Below the pieces are notes generated by a model that was not told where the DNA came from, searched no databases, and saw only the letters and a program-made list of their open reading frames with translations. A stretch of 64,000 nucleotides of DNA from Patescibacteria group bacterium (GTDB lineage: Bacteria > Patescibacteriota > Patescibacteriia > JBAZBY01): assembly GCA_041671225.1 (NCBI GenBank), contig JBAZBY010000001.1, forward strand, positions 174,940-238,939. The letters are read 5' to 3'. Positions 1-11,266 of the stretch are shown in pieces. Every line of letters starts with the position of its first letter. Position 1 is the first letter of the stretch. The translations under genes and the position numbers were made by a program.

Positions 1-1140
<1,140 letters not shown>

Positions 1141-1152
1141 TCAGTGTGTTAC

Positions 1153-1443
1153 TTATTGGATCTTTGCGAGAATGTCTTCTTCAGAGAGAATGAGATATTC
1201 TTCTCCGTCGATCTTCACTTCGTCCGGGCCGTACTTCTTAAAGACGACCTTTTCTCCCACGGCAACGCTCAGCGGAGCGCGCTGGCCGTTTTCGAGGAGC
1301 TTGCCTGAGCCAACGGCGATAACTTCGCCCTGTTCCGGCTTTTCTTTCTCTGCGGTGTCCGGAAGTACGATACCGGACTTCGTGACCTCTTCTTTTGAGA
1401 GGCCTTTTACGACGATACGATCGCCTAATGGTTCAAGCTTCAT
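1153..1443 (-). CDS. groS: Co-chaperonin GroES
   Basis: [13 protein letters not shown]...[16 protein letters not shown]...[24 protein letters not shown]. Confidence 0.98.
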   Translation of the reverse strand: MKLEPLGDRIVVKGLSKEEVTKSGIVLPDTAEKEKPEQGEVIAVGSGKLLENGQRAPLSVAVGEKVVFKKYGPDEVKIDGEEYLILSEEDILAKIQ

Positions 1444-1501
1444 AGCGAGACTTTACGTCAATAATACTAGGAAATAAATTGATTTTCCCTCCTTCGCGAG
1501 T

Positions 1502-1528
1502 CTAGCACTCAAAGGGTCTGAGTGCTAA
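1502..1528 (-). promoter_or_regulatory. CIRCE operator (HrcA site)
   Basis: Minus strand TTAGCACTC-N9-GAGTGCTAG, one mismatch to the CIRCE consensus, between the promoter and groES. Confidence 0.93.
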
Positions 1529-1539
1529 GCGCAGAGAAC

Positions 1540-1567
1540 ACTGTACCATACGCAGAAGGCTTGTCAA
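1540..1567 (-). promoter_or_regulatory. sigma70-type promoter of groESL
   Basis: TTGACA-16-TACAGT with an extended TG. Confidence 0.75.
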
Positions 1568-1601
1568 CCCAAACAGACCCCTGGTGTAAAGGGGGGGGTG
1601 T

Positions 1602-1637
1602 GGGAGGGGTCCGTGCGGGTTGGCATGGACCCCTCCC
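1602..1637 (-). terminator. GC-rich hairpin ending the 1655-2569 unit
   Basis: GGGAGGGGTCCGTGC / GCATGGACCCCTCCC inverted repeat just after the stop codon. Confidence 0.7.
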
Positions 1638-1654
1638 TGGTGAAGAAACGGGCG

Positions 1655-2569
1655 CTACGAGCCGCCCATCTCGTTGATCGCCTGCGCGTAGAAGGCGTGG
1701 AGGAAATGGATGTCCGTCTTCATCGCCGCGTCAGGATCCGTGATGCGATCCTCAATGGCCAGCATGTTGGCGTCCACCGTGAGCTGGGTGAGCATCGCAT
1801 TCATGTTGTTCAGATCCATGGTGCCAAGCAGCGTGTTGATGAGCTGCACATCACCCGGCACCTCGCCGAGGATGTATGAGGTGGGATCCTGCCCGTCCTC
1901 TTTGGCAACGCGCTTGCGTGCCGCGATGCTCTCCTGAACGAGCGTCAACCATCCACCCTTCGTGTACTCGTTGAGGACGCGGCTGGTGATGGAGTGGGCA
2001 CGGTACTCGCCGTAGAGCCATTCCGGTGTCAGCGGTTCGCTCAACGGCTCATTGCCGGAAAGCCAGTCCGCTGCGTGCACCAGCTCGTGCGCGAAGTACA
2101 AACCCTTCACCAGCGGGCTGAAGCGCGTCTCATGCAACAGCATCCGGCTGCTATCCATATCAAACGACACCGCGACGTATGTCTCATTGGCGCCGTGTTC
2201 CCGGGGTTGGGGCTCGGCGACAATGAAGAAGGGCGTGCTGGACGTGGGCACCTCCATCACCGAGAACGTCTGGTTGTCGATGAAGTGAGCCTTCATGGCG
2301 TTCTGCTGATAGAATTCCAGCAGGCCCTTTGCCGTAGGGCTCTTGGTTGCGAGCTGCGCCAGCGCGTCCTCCATGGACGTGATGATACGCAGCTCCTCGG
2401 ATGTGATGGACGTGGAGGTGTCCGGTTCCACCGGGCCGGCCTTCTGGAGCTCGCTCAAGATATTGTCGGACAGGGGCTGCGCCTTGGCAGTGGTGTCCGC
2501 CTTATGGCAGCCGACGAAACAGGCGGCGACGAACAGCGCGAGAACGAGAATCGTGCGCGGGAGTTTCAC
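1655..2569 (-). CDS. Predicted lipoprotein with HExxH motif (putative zinc metallopeptidase)
   Basis: Signal peptide plus lipobox FVG-C; AHELVHAAD and downstream E(YRAH); SD AGGAGGG before a GTG start. Confidence 0.7.
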   Translation of the reverse strand: MKLPRTILVLALFVAACFVGCHKADTTAKAQPLSDNILSELQKAGPVEPDTSTSITSEELRIITSMEDALAQLATKSPTAKGLLEFYQQNAMKAHFIDNQTFSVMEVPTSSTPFFIVAEPQPREHGANETYVAVSFDMDSSRMLLHETRFSPLVKGLYFAHELVHAADWLSGNEPLSEPLTPEWLYGEYRAHSITSRVLNEYTKGGWLTLVQESIAARKRVAKEDGQDPTSYILGEVPGDVQLINTLLGTMDLNNMNAMLTQLTVDANMLAIEDRITDPDAAMKTDIHFLHAFYAQAINEMGGS

Positions 2570-2661
2570 GGGAATGCCCTCCTGTGGGTATGTGAAGGTG
2601 CAGCGCTCGCAACTGCAACCTTCAGAAATGAATGCAGGATGGTTGTTATGCGAGACTAGCC

Positions 2662-2728
2662 ACCCTAATGCAAAATTGCCTTTTTGTCAATAGAAAGGCT
2701 TGTCAAGAAGCCCGGGGGATGCTATAAG
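2662..2728. promoter_or_regulatory. Back-to-back sigma70 promoters
   Basis: Minus: TTGACA(2685-2690)-17-TAGGGT. Plus: TTGTCA(2700-2705)-17-TATAAG. Confidence 0.65.
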
Positions 2729-2789
2729 TGCTTCAACCACACTCGGTGGTTGGTCTTTTAGGATCTTTCATGCACAGGAGGGTACACGC

Positions 2790-3320
2790 ATGATTGAGCA
2801 CGCTCCGGAAGCACCAGTTGTACTGGATTACACCGCATTCGCGGAGTTTGCCCGCAGCAACGGCTGCGGCGTCACGCTGCTGGGCGACCTTATCGTGGAG
2901 GTCTTTGGCCTCAAGGATGTGCCGGGCACCTGCCGGGCAATCCGCCAGAAGATCCACCGGGGTCACCGCTACCTCGTAAGTGTCTCGCCGGAGGGTCGGC
3001 CTACGGGCTATGCCAGCTGGCATCCGCACATCACCCGTCGGGAGAACTTCTGCATGGAAGTCGCCGAAATCGGCGTGCATCCGGACTTCCGGAACGCGGG
3101 CCTCGGCGCTTTGCTCCTCCAAGCGGCGGAAAACGAAGCGCTCGCCCAAGCGAAGGCAGACGGTAAAGGCAAACCCATCGTGGTCTACGCCTACGTCCGT
3201 GAGGACAACCCCGATGCTCTGCGCTTCTGGAAGAGGCATGGCTTCGCCATCGCAGGGACGGAACCCTTCCCGCTCATTCCTGAGGTCAACATCAGTATGT
3301 GCGTCAAGACGCTCTTCTAG
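2790..3320 (+). CDS. GNAT-family N-acetyltransferase
   Basis: IGVHPDFRNAGLGALLL (motif A) and NPDALRFWKRHGF; SD AGGAGGG before ATG 2790. Confidence 0.88.
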   Translation: MIEHAPEAPVVLDYTAFAEFARSNGCGVTLLGDLIVEVFGLKDVPGTCRAIRQKIHRGHRYLVSVSPEGRPTGYASWHPHITRRENFCMEVAEIGVHPDFRNAGLGALLLQAAENEALAQAKADGKGKPIVVYAYVREDNPDALRFWKRHGFAIAGTEPFPLIPEVNISMCVKTLF

Positions 3321-3348
3321 GCATCGCCGCCTACATGTTTTCCTTAAC

Positions 3349-3386
3349 CCGGGGGTCGTCCACGACGATCTCCGGCTTCCCTTTTT
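3349..3386 (+). terminator. Intrinsic terminator after the GNAT gene
   Basis: CCGGGGGTCGTC-CAC-GACGATCTCCGG followed by CTTCCCTTTTT. Confidence 0.65.
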
Positions 3387-4338
3387 ATTCCACAAACTCC
3401 CGCAAGCGCGAAAGATGCCGCTCACGGAATTCATCTCTGCGATCCGTCTCGTGAAACTTCAATATCGTATCAGAAATAACAACGGCACTTCCCTCTTCTT
3501 GTGAACGGGATTGCGTGTTTTGGTCAAAACGCTGCATCTGCTGCTTCTGTGCATGTGCCTCAAGCACATGGCCAAACCACGTCTTGCCAAAAAGTTTTTC
3601 CAGCAAGCGCTTCTTCAACGTCATAAGGCCCCCGAGCTCCATAAGCCGAACGCGCTTATCTTCTGTGAACGCATTGGGCAGGTGATGCTTCACCCAACGG
3701 TTCGCAAAATAAAAAAGTTCCAGTGTTTGATGGTCGCTGTAGAGCGGCGTGAGCCATTCATGCCAATACGTGAGATATGGGTCTTCACCGGGAATCTTCA
3801 AATGCTCAAGTGAAAGCTGTTTATCGCTGATGTAAAAAGAGAGACAGGCACGGTCTTGCACATGGATACCATGCCGACGAAGATGAAAAAGGTCGAGGAT
3901 CATCGTAATGAACCAGCGCGCGAGAAACATGCGTCCATGCTCAATAACAATAAAGAGGTCAATGTCACTGTCCTCTTTCGCGTTGTGGTAACTCACCGTG
4001 TTCACCACGGCAACCATGCGCACGAATGGCAGCCACGAAATAAGCCTCGTGGCTTTTTCCGCGATCATCCACTTGGGCGAGGTAACCGCAAAACGATGAC
4101 GGCGGGTCGCGACGATATCTTCTCTTCCCCGAACATGCCAGAACACATCGGTCTTCACGATATGTGGCGCAAGTGTACCGCTCATCAGCACGCGTTCAAT
4201 ATCCTGCACGGTAGCATCCTGCTGCAACGGCTCCCGCACATATAAAAAACGGCTAATTTCCCGCGGTGTGAGCGGGTAACTTACCACATCAAACCATGCG
4301 ATGGTGTTCACAATTGCCTGTTCAAGTGGGGTTCTCAT
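3385..4338 (-). CDS. Pol-beta-like nucleotidyltransferase-domain protein
   Basis: NTVSYHNAKEDSDIDLFIV resembles the GS..DxD motif. Confidence 0.7.
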   Translation of the reverse strand: MRTPLEQAIVNTIAWFDVVSYPLTPREISRFLYVREPLQQDATVQDIERVLMSGTLAPHIVKTDVFWHVRGREDIVATRRHRFAVTSPKWMIAEKATRLISWLPFVRMVAVVNTVSYHNAKEDSDIDLFIVIEHGRMFLARWFITMILDLFHLRRHGIHVQDRACLSFYISDKQLSLEHLKIPGEDPYLTYWHEWLTPLYSDHQTLELFYFANRWVKHHLPNAFTEDKRVRLMELGGLMTLKKRLLEKLFGKTWFGHVLEAHAQKQQMQRFDQNTQSRSQEEGSAVVISDTILKFHETDRRDEFRERHLSRLREFVE

Positions 4339-4443
4339 AGCACGTTACTGTAGCAGGAGTGTGCAAAACAGGGCAAGTGTTTTACCCTTCGAGACCCTTC
4401 AACTTGTCACTCCGCTCCTCGCTCAGGACACCTCAGCGTGACA

Positions 4444-7407
4444 TCACTTCATCAGCGGCTTCAAATACTGCCCGGTATAGCTTTCCTTCACCTTCGCAAT
4501 ATCACGCGGGGTGCCCTTTGCAACCACGGTTCCGCCAGCATTGCCGCCCTCTGGACCCATGTCGATGATCCAATCTGCGGACTTAATCACGTCCAAGTTG
4601 TGCTCAATAATGAGCAGCGTGTTGCCTTTATCTACGAGCTGATTGATGACATGCAACAAACGCTTCACATCATCAAAGTGCAAACCAGTGGTGGGTTCAT
4701 CCAATATATAGAGCGTCTTGCCGGTTGCGCGGCGGGAGAGTTCCGTTGCCAGCTTCACGCGCTGCGCCTCACCGCCAGAAAGCGTCGTTGCGGATTGGCC
4801 AAGATGGATATACCCAAGACCAACATCGTTCAGTGTTTTAAGTTTTTGCTTGACCGGAGGAATGTGCGAAAAAAAATGCAATGCTTCTTCTACGGTCATG
4901 TCCAAAACATCAGCGATGGTCTTCCCTTTATAATGGATCTCCAAGGCCTGCGGGTTATAGCGTCGGCCCTTGCACTCCTCGCATTCCACATACACATCGG
5001 GCAAGAAGTGCATCTCGATCTTCACGAGGCCATCGCCTTCACAGGTTTCACAGCGTCCGCCTTTGACGTTAAAGGAGAAGCGCCCGGGGCCATAGCCGCG
5101 CATCTTCGCTTCCGGCACCCGCGCGAACAGATCCCGGATATACGTGAACACGCCGGTGTACGTTGCCGGATTTGAACGCGGCGTGCGCCCTATGGGAGAC
5201 TGATCGATCGTGATGACTTTATCAAGATGTTCCAATCCTTTAATTTCTTCGTGCTTGCCTGGCGCGTCTTTTGCGTTATGAAAGTGCTGCGCGAGCGCCT
5301 TCGCAAGGATGTCGGTCATGAGTGTTGATTTTCCGGAACCGGAAACGCCGGTGATGCAGTTAAAAAGGCCGAGCGGAATATCCACGTCTACTTTTTTAAG
5401 ATTGAACTCTTCCGCACCTTTGATGGTAAGCATCTTGCCATTCCCCTTGCGGTACTGCTTGGGCGTTGGAATGGATTTTCTGCCAGAAAGATACTGTCCG
5501 GTGATGGAATCCTTCACCTTTGCAATTTCCTCCGCAGTGCCCTGCGCCACAACGCAGCCGCCGTGTTCCCCAGCACCAGGGCCGATATCAATAACCTGAT
5601 CAGCGGCATGCATGGTATTTTCATCATGCTCAACCACCAACACCGTGTTGCCGAGGTCCCGGAGATTCTCAAGCGTCTTGATGAGCTTGTCGTTATCGCG
5701 CTGGTGCAGGCCGATGGACGGTTCATCAAGAATATACACAACGCCCACAAGCGAGGAGCCGATCTGCGTGGCCAAACGGATACGCTGCGCTTCCCCGCCG
5801 GCAAGCGTGGAGGCGGTACGATCCAGCGTCAGATAATCCAAACCGACGTTGTGCAAAAATTCCAGGCGCGCGCGGATCTCCTTCAAAATCTGCTCGGCGA
5901 TCTTGTGTTCTGTCTTCGTCAGTTTTTTCTCACCCTTACCTTCAGAGAGTTCTGCGAAGAAAACGCGTGCATTATCAATGCTGAAGTTGGCAACATCCGC
6001 AATATTCTTGCCCGCAACGGTCACGCCCAGCGCTTCTGGCTTGAGGCGTCGTCCTGCGCAGGTCGGGCACGGCTTCACGCGCATATAGCGCTCGATCTCC
6101 GCGCGGACGTAATCTGATTCCGTTTCATTATAGCGACGGAGAAGATTGGGAAGCACGCCTTCATACTTTGCCGTGTAATCGCCGGAAAATCGCTCACCGT
6201 CCATCGACATGGTGTATTCATTCTCAGATCCGTTCAGCACGATATCCAACTGCGCCTTGGTGTACTCCTTCACGGGGGTATTCAAATCAAAACCCTCAGA
6301 CGCGCCAACCGCTTCCAGCATCCGCATATACCACGATTGGTTTGAAGAAGAACGGCTCCAGGGACGGATGGCGCCTTCTGCAATAGTGAGCTTCCTATTG
6401 GGAATCACTAATGCATCATCCACCTCGAGCTTGGTGCCAATTCCCGTACAGTCAGGGCATGCTCCATGCGGCGTATTAAAAGAAAAATTGCGGGGCTCGA
6501 TATCCTCCAATGAAACACCATCAACCGGGCAAGAAAACTTCTCAGAAAAAAGATGGTCTTTCTTGTTGTCTGTCTCGGTGATGATAACGAGGCCGTCGCC
6601 ATAATCCAACGCGGTCTCAAGTGAATCAATAATGCGCGGCTTGTCGTTCTCGCTCTTTTCCTGATCGTCCACACCGATAGTGACGCGGTCAACCACTACT
6701 TCAATATTGTGCTTCCGCTTTTTGTCGAGCTCCTTATCGAGCGCTTCCTCGATGGAAATGATATCTTCATCAATGCGCACGCGCACATAACCGGCCTTTT
6801 GCGCTTCTTCCAAGAGCTTGCGATGCTCCCCTTTTTTGTCCCGGATCATTGGAGACAAAATGGCGACGCGCGTTTTTGCGGGAAGCTTCAAGATATGCCC
6901 AGCCATCTGCTGGACGCTCTGTTTTTCTACTGACCGACCGCACACGGGGCAATGCGGCGTGCCAACGCGTGCAAATAACAGACGGAGATAATCATAAATC
7001 TCCGTGACCGTGCCCACTGTTGAACGCGGGTTATGTGAAGTGGACTTCTGGTCGATGGAAATAGCCGGGGAAAGCCCGTCGATCTGGTCCACGTCCGGCT
7101 TGTCCATGAGACCCAAAAACTGCCGCGCGTATGCGGAGAGCGATTCTACATATCGACGCTGGCCTTCTGCATAAATGGTGTCGAAGGCGAGCGAAGACTT
7201 GCCGGAACCGGAAAGGCCGGTAAGCACCACCAATTTATCCCGCGGAATATCAATGTTGATGTTCTTCAGATTGTGTACGCGCGCACCGCGAACCGAGATC
7301 ACGTTTGCGGGGGCCACGCCCGCAACGCCATGCAAACCCGGCTTGCGTAGCGGGCGGGTGGCCAGGGCATTTTTATGAGAAGATGGGGAAATTTTTTTCT
7401 TTGACAT
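4444..7407 (-). CDS. uvrA: Excinuclease ABC subunit A
   Basis: Two Walker A motifs ([18 protein letters not shown]), zinc fingers, LSGGEAQR. Confidence 0.98.
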   Translation of the reverse strand: MSKKKISPSSHKNALATRPLRKPGLHGVAGVAPANVISVRGARVHNLKNINIDIPRDKLVVLTGLSGSGKSSLAFDTIYAEGQRRYVESLSAYARQFLGLMDKPDVDQIDGLSPAISIDQKSTSHNPRSTVGTVTEIYDYLRLLFARVGTPHCPVCGRSVEKQSVQQMAGHILKLPAKTRVAILSPMIRDKKGEHRKLLEEAQKAGYVRVRIDEDIISIEEALDKELDKKRKHNIEVVVDRVTIGVDDQEKSENDKPRIIDSLETALDYGDGLVIITETDNKKDHLFSEKFSCPVDGVSLEDIEPRNFSFNTPHGACPDCTGIGTKLEVDDALVIPNRKLTIAEGAIRPWSRSSSNQSWYMRMLEAVGASEGFDLNTPVKEYTKAQLDIVLNGSENEYTMSMDGERFSGDYTAKYEGVLPNLLRRYNETESDYVRAEIERYMRVKPCPTCAGRRLKPEALGVTVAGKNIADVANFSIDNARVFFAELSEGKGEKKLTKTEHKIAEQILKEIRARLEFLHNVGLDYLTLDRTASTLAGGEAQRIRLATQIGSSLVGVVYILDEPSIGLHQRDNDKLIKTLENLRDLGNTVLVVEHDENTMHAADQVIDIGPGAGEHGGCVVAQGTAEEIAKVKDSITGQYLSGRKSIPTPKQYRKGNGKMLTIKGAEEFNLKKVDVDIPLGLFNCITGVSGSGKSTLMTDILAKALAQHFHNAKDAPGKHEEIKGLEHLDKVITIDQSPIGRTPRSNPATYTGVFTYIRDLFARVPEAKMRGYGPGRFSFNVKGGRCETCEGDGLVKIEMHFLPDVYVECEECKGRRYNPQALEIHYKGKTIADVLDMTVEEALHFFSHIPPVKQKLKTLNDVGLGYIHLGQSATTLSGGEAQRVKLATELSRRATGKTLYILDEPTTGLHFDDVKRLLHVINQLVDKGNTLLIIEHNLDVIKSADWIIDMGPEGGNAGGTVVAKGTPRDIAKVKESYTGQYLKPLMK

Positions 7408-7516
7408 CAGATTTTATATACTCCACCAAAGGCGGATTGCCTTAAAAAATAGTAGGTGGGCAAAAAGGCCGAACCAGTCTATCACGCGTGTCAAGATGCG
7501 TCAATGCGTAAGGCAC

Positions 7517-7561
7517 GGAAAGGGAAGTTCGGGCGGCATCTCGCAGGAGACGCCGCCCGAA
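7517..7561 (-). terminator. Intrinsic terminator of the 7585-8253 unit
   Basis: TTCGGGCGGCGTCTC-CTGC-GAGATGCCGCCCGAA then CTTCCCTTTCC. Confidence 0.7.
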
Positions 7562-7584
7562 GGAACTTGGCCAGAACGGACATA

Positions 7585-7707
7585 TCACGCCGACGGCATG
7601 TCGTTTTCCATCCGTCGACGCTCCGCCAGACACATGAGTCGCAGGGCAAGTGCCGACAGCAGCATGCCAAGGGCAATGCCGATGAGCTCACAGGTCTCTT
7701 TGTTCAT
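7585..7707 (-). CDS. 40-aa single-TM small protein (absent from ORF track)
   Basis: AGGAGGTAGT-ATG; MNKETCELIGIALGMLLSALALRLMCLAERRRMENDMPSA*; followed by a terminator. Confidence 0.65.
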   Translation of the reverse strand: MNKETCELIGIALGMLLSALALRLMCLAERRRMENDMPSA

Positions 7708-7734
7708 ACTACCTCCTCACGTGATCTCGAGGCT

Positions 7735-8253
7735 CTACGCCTTGACGTGCTCAGGGAGCGCGAAGACGGTGACCACCCCTACGGCATCCACCGCGCACTC
7801 GTGCGTGATGGGGTGTTTGCCCACCTGGTGAGCCCCCATGAGGGTCACCGCCGAGGTGAACGCTGCATCGTCGCCGCTGTCGGTGACGATGTAGCCCAGG
7901 CCGGTGAGCCCGCTGATGAGGCTCAGGGCCTGCTCGAGGTTCTCCGGCGGAAGTCCCACGGGAACGCCACCCTGCTCGAAGTGTACGAAGATCTGCGGAT
8001 AGGAACCGCAAGCGGTATCATGATCGTTGCGCCACGCCTCCGTCACCGCATACCCGCTGTGCAGAAGCTGGCTGATCACCTGGGAAATCCCCAGGCCGTA
8101 CACCGGCTCGTTCCTCTGGAGGCTCGGCCGCTCCTGAGGCGACTTGGCTGAGGTGTGCGTGTGCTTGGGAAGCAAAGCGAAGAGACCCGGCGGGACAGCC
8201 CCCATTGAGGCGAACAGAGCGCGCAGGTCCACGGACACGGGGAGTTGAGGCAT
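7735..8253 (-). CDS. Hypothetical protein
   Basis: SD AAGGAGGG before ATG 8253; own promoter TTGACA-17-TAAGGA upstream. Confidence 0.65.
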   Translation of the reverse strand: MPQLPVSVDLRALFASMGAVPPGLFALLPKHTHTSAKSPQERPSLQRNEPVYGLGISQVISQLLHSGYAVTEAWRNDHDTACGSYPQIFVHFEQGGVPVGLPPENLEQALSLISGLTGLGYIVTDSGDDAAFTSAVTLMGAHQVGKHPITHECAVDAVGVVTVFALPEHVKA

Positions 8254-8415
8254 AAAGCCCTCCTTCTGTCGCACGCGTGCGACGGCTGTTCTGGCAACTT
8301 GGGGAAGAACGATTGAACTACACTCTCCTTACCGGATATCCCTCATGGTGTCAATAAGCGCGCTATACCCAGAACCGCTTTTGTATGAATAAGTGGCGCT
8401 GGGTATACTGCACGT

Positions 8416-10194
8416 ATGGAAATCCTCCAGAAAGACCATAAAACTCTGCCCACCACCCCCGGCGTCTACCTAATGAAGGATGACAAACAGAAAATCCTCT
8501 ACGTGGGCAAGGCGATCAACCTCCGGTCGCGCATTTCTTCATATTTCCAAAAACGCGCAAGCCTTGATCCAGCAAAGGCGATGATGGTGGGTCTCGTGAA
8601 GTACATTGAAGTGATGCTTGTATCAACAGAACAAGAAGCCTTGCTCCTAGAGGCAACGTTGATAAAAAAATATCTGCCGCCATACAACGTGGTGATGCGG
8701 GACGACAAATACTACCTATACATCGCGATCGACGAGCGCGAGGAATTCCCCACGCTTCAAGAAGTACGGCGGCTGCCAAAGCACCGCATGACGGTCTATG
8801 GCCCATATGCTTCTGCTGGCGTGGTGCACCAAACACTGAAGCTGCTCAAGAATATCTTTGGCTACCGCACCTGCGAGCCGAACCAAAGCAAGGCCTGTTT
8901 TGATTATCACCTTGGGCGCTGCCGCGGCGTCTGCATCGGAAAGATCACCCCCGCGCAGTACCGCGCAGAAGTGATTCAGCCCATCAAGCGTTTTCTCTCC
9001 GGCAGGCTCTCATGGATAGAAAAGAAATTGGAAAACGACATGGCGGAGGCGGCGCACGCAAAAGAATACGAGCGTGCAGGGATGCTCCGCGACCAGCTTC
9101 ACTCCGTGCAAAAGCTTACCTCCCGCCAGGTCGCCGTGAGCGCGCAGCATATTGACGTTGATGTACTCTCGCTCGCACGTGATAAATACTGGACGGTGCT
9201 GCATCTCTTCCGCGTCCGTGAGGGCAAGATGATCGATCAAAAAGCGTTTCTCCTGAAAAACCCGGCAGAAACAGCAAGTGAAGAGATCTTTGCCGCATTC
9301 ATGGAACAATATTATGCCGGCACCGCAGACCGCCCGAAGCGCGTGCTCATGCCTGTGCTGCCAGCGAGCGCAAAAGAACTTGAAAAACTCCTTGGCATGA
9401 AGCTTACCTCTCCGCGACGCGGTGCGCTCAAACGCTTACTTGAGCAAGGCACGCTCAATGCAGACGCAGAACTTGCCCGTCGCAAATTGAACTGGGCTGG
9501 CGATGCAGAAAAGGCGCGCAAGGCGCTTGAAGAGATCTCCCGCGCGCTGAAGCTCGTCAAGCATCCCAAGCGCATTGAGACATATGATATCTCCAACAAC
9601 CAGGGGGCGCACCCCGTGGGTTCAATGATCGTCTTTGAGGACGGGCAGGCGAAGAAGGACGCATACAAAAAATTCACCATCAAAACCATCAAGGGCCCGA
9701 ACGACCCGCACATGATGGCGGAGATGCTGAGGAGACGACTCCAGCATCTTCCTGCACACGATTCCAATGCGCCGTGGCCTGCGCCGGACCTCATCATTCT
9801 TGACGGCGGCAAGAGCCAACTCGGCGTGGTGGGACCGGTCATAAAAAAACTCGCACCAAATATCCCATACGTCGGCCTCGCAAAAAAAGAAGAGGAATTG
9901 ATCGTGCCGGGACGAAGGGGAAGCATCCGCCTGCCAGAAACAAGCGAGGGGCTGTATCTCCTGCAGCGCATGCGCGATGAAGCGCATCGCTTTGCCATCA
10001 CCTTTTACCGCGGCAAGCACCGCAAGGCTGAAGAAAGGAGCATATTGGATGACATTCCCGGCATCGGGCCAAAACTCAAGAAGGGATTGCTGTTGGCGTT
10101 CGGGTCAGTGGATGGCATTCGCAAGGCGAGTTTTGCAGAGCGCGTGCGGGTTGTTGGCAAGGCAAAAGCAGAACTGCTGGAAAAGCATCTATAA
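8416..10194 (+). CDS. uvrC: Excinuclease ABC subunit C
   Basis: GIY-YIG (PGVYLMKD..ILYVGKA), RIETYDIS, DGGKSQL, RDEAHRFA, HhH. Confidence 0.97.
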   Translation: MEILQKDHKTLPTTPGVYLMKDDKQKILYVGKAINLRSRISSYFQKRASLDPAKAMMVGLVKYIEVMLVSTEQEALLLEATLIKKYLPPYNVVMRDDKYYLYIAIDEREEFPTLQEVRRLPKHRMTVYGPYASAGVVHQTLKLLKNIFGYRTCEPNQSKACFDYHLGRCRGVCIGKITPAQYRAEVIQPIKRFLSGRLSWIEKKLENDMAEAAHAKEYERAGMLRDQLHSVQKLTSRQVAVSAQHIDVDVLSLARDKYWTVLHLFRVREGKMIDQKAFLLKNPAETASEEIFAAFMEQYYAGTADRPKRVLMPVLPASAKELEKLLGMKLTSPRRGALKRLLEQGTLNADAELARRKLNWAGDAEKARKALEEISRALKLVKHPKRIETYDISNNQGAHPVGSMIVFEDGQAKKDAYKKFTIKTIKGPNDPHMMAEMLRRRLQHLPAHDSNAPWPAPDLIILDGGKSQLGVVGPVIKKLAPNIPYVGLAKKEEELIVPGRRGSIRLPETSEGLYLLQRMRDEAHRFAITFYRGKHRKAEERSILDDIPGIGPKLKKGLLLAFGSVDGIRKASFAERVRVVGKAKAELLEKHL

Positions 10195-10235
10195 AAAATG
10201 GACGACAGCGCGGGGGAAGGATTGCGCTGTCGTCC
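10193..10235. terminator. Hairpin between convergent uvrC and 10302-10889
   Basis: GGACGACAGCGC / GCGCTGTCGTCC, with a T-tract on the minus strand. Confidence 0.65.
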
Positions 10236-10301
10236 GGGGAACACCGCGGGCTTTCCGCGGAATTCATTGCGGGCTGGCCAGTGACGGCCAAGGGACAAGA
10301 A

Positions 10302-10889
10302 TCACATCTGGCACGTGGTGTCCGCGTCCTCCGCCCAGCCGAACCACGTCGTTCCCCTGTCGTCCTCAATGGGGATGAGCTCGGGGAATGCCTCTTCCTG
10401 AGGTCTGGGGATGATGAGGCTATCCACAACCGGAACGCTAAAGTACGTTCTAGTGGCGCGGTCGAGAAGAGTGACCCTCCTCATGTTGAGGCCCTGAGCA
10501 ACCTCAATGACCTGAAACGGCCTCTTGGGCAGGAGGATCCAGAACACCTCCCTTTCCCCATTTGCGTCGTGGTCATGGCAGAGCATGGGACGCTCCACAT
10601 CCCACGGTCGAACGCAAACGAGCGAATCAGGGATAACCGACGAGTGCATCTCCTCGCCCAGAGCCAGGTGGTACGTCCCACTTGGGACGCCATGCTCCCT
10701 GAACTCCTGGATGATGACGTAGTCCTCCCCGAACGGAAGTTCGCTCCCGGGCCGGCTGGGCCCGAACGAGCTCTGCCCGTCCATGATGGAACCACCCCGA
10801 GGATTGAAGGCCTGCGCCCCGATGAGGCACAGGACGATGGCCACGAGAGACAAGGTGCCTACGTGCGACTGCAAACGTGACTTTCTCAA
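10302..10889 (-). CDS. Hypothetical exported or membrane-anchored protein
   Basis: Basic N-terminus plus hydrophobic segment; GGAGGG before a TTG start; promoter TTGACA-17-TAGCTT at 10941-10969. Confidence 0.6.
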   Translation of the reverse strand: MRKSRLQSHVGTLSLVAIVLCLIGAQAFNPRGGSIMDGQSSFGPSRPGSELPFGEDYVIIQEFREHGVPSGTYHLALGEEMHSSVIPDSLVCVRPWDVERPMLCHDHDANGEREVFWILLPKRPFQVIEVAQGLNMRRVTLLDRATRTYFSVPVVDSLIIPRPQEEAFPELIPIEDDRGTTWFGWAEDADTTCQM

Positions 10890-11038
10890 AGGTACTCCCT
10901 CCGTTTACCGTATGCCCTCCATGAGACAAACGGTCGCAACAAGCTACCGCAAAATCGCCCTTTTGTCAAGTCTTGTGTTGACGAAAAGCCCTATGAATGG
11001 TAGAGTTGCTTCCGCAAGTTTTTACCGATTACAACGCT

Positions 11039-11260
11039 ATGGAACTTCTCATCAGTATCTCACTCATTATTGTTTCAGCATTGCTCGTAACGACCATCTT
11101 GCTCCAGCAACGGGGCTCAGGTCTTGGCGGTGCTTTTGGCGGTGACAGCTCTGCATACCACACCAAGCGTGGACCAGAAAAGGTCATTTACATTGCAAGT
11201 ATCATACTCTCAGTTGTCTTTATGCTTCTGGGTGTTGCAAACATTCTGCTCAACGGCTAA
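11039..11260 (+). CDS. secG: Preprotein translocase subunit SecG
   Basis: ILLQQRGSGLGGAFGG..YHTKRGPEK between two TM helices; promoter TTGACG-17-TAGAGT. Confidence 0.93.
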   Translation: MELLISISLIIVSALLVTTILLQQRGSGLGGAFGGDSSAYHTKRGPEKVIYIASIILSVVFMLLGVANILLNG

Positions 11261-11266
11261 TCCTCA

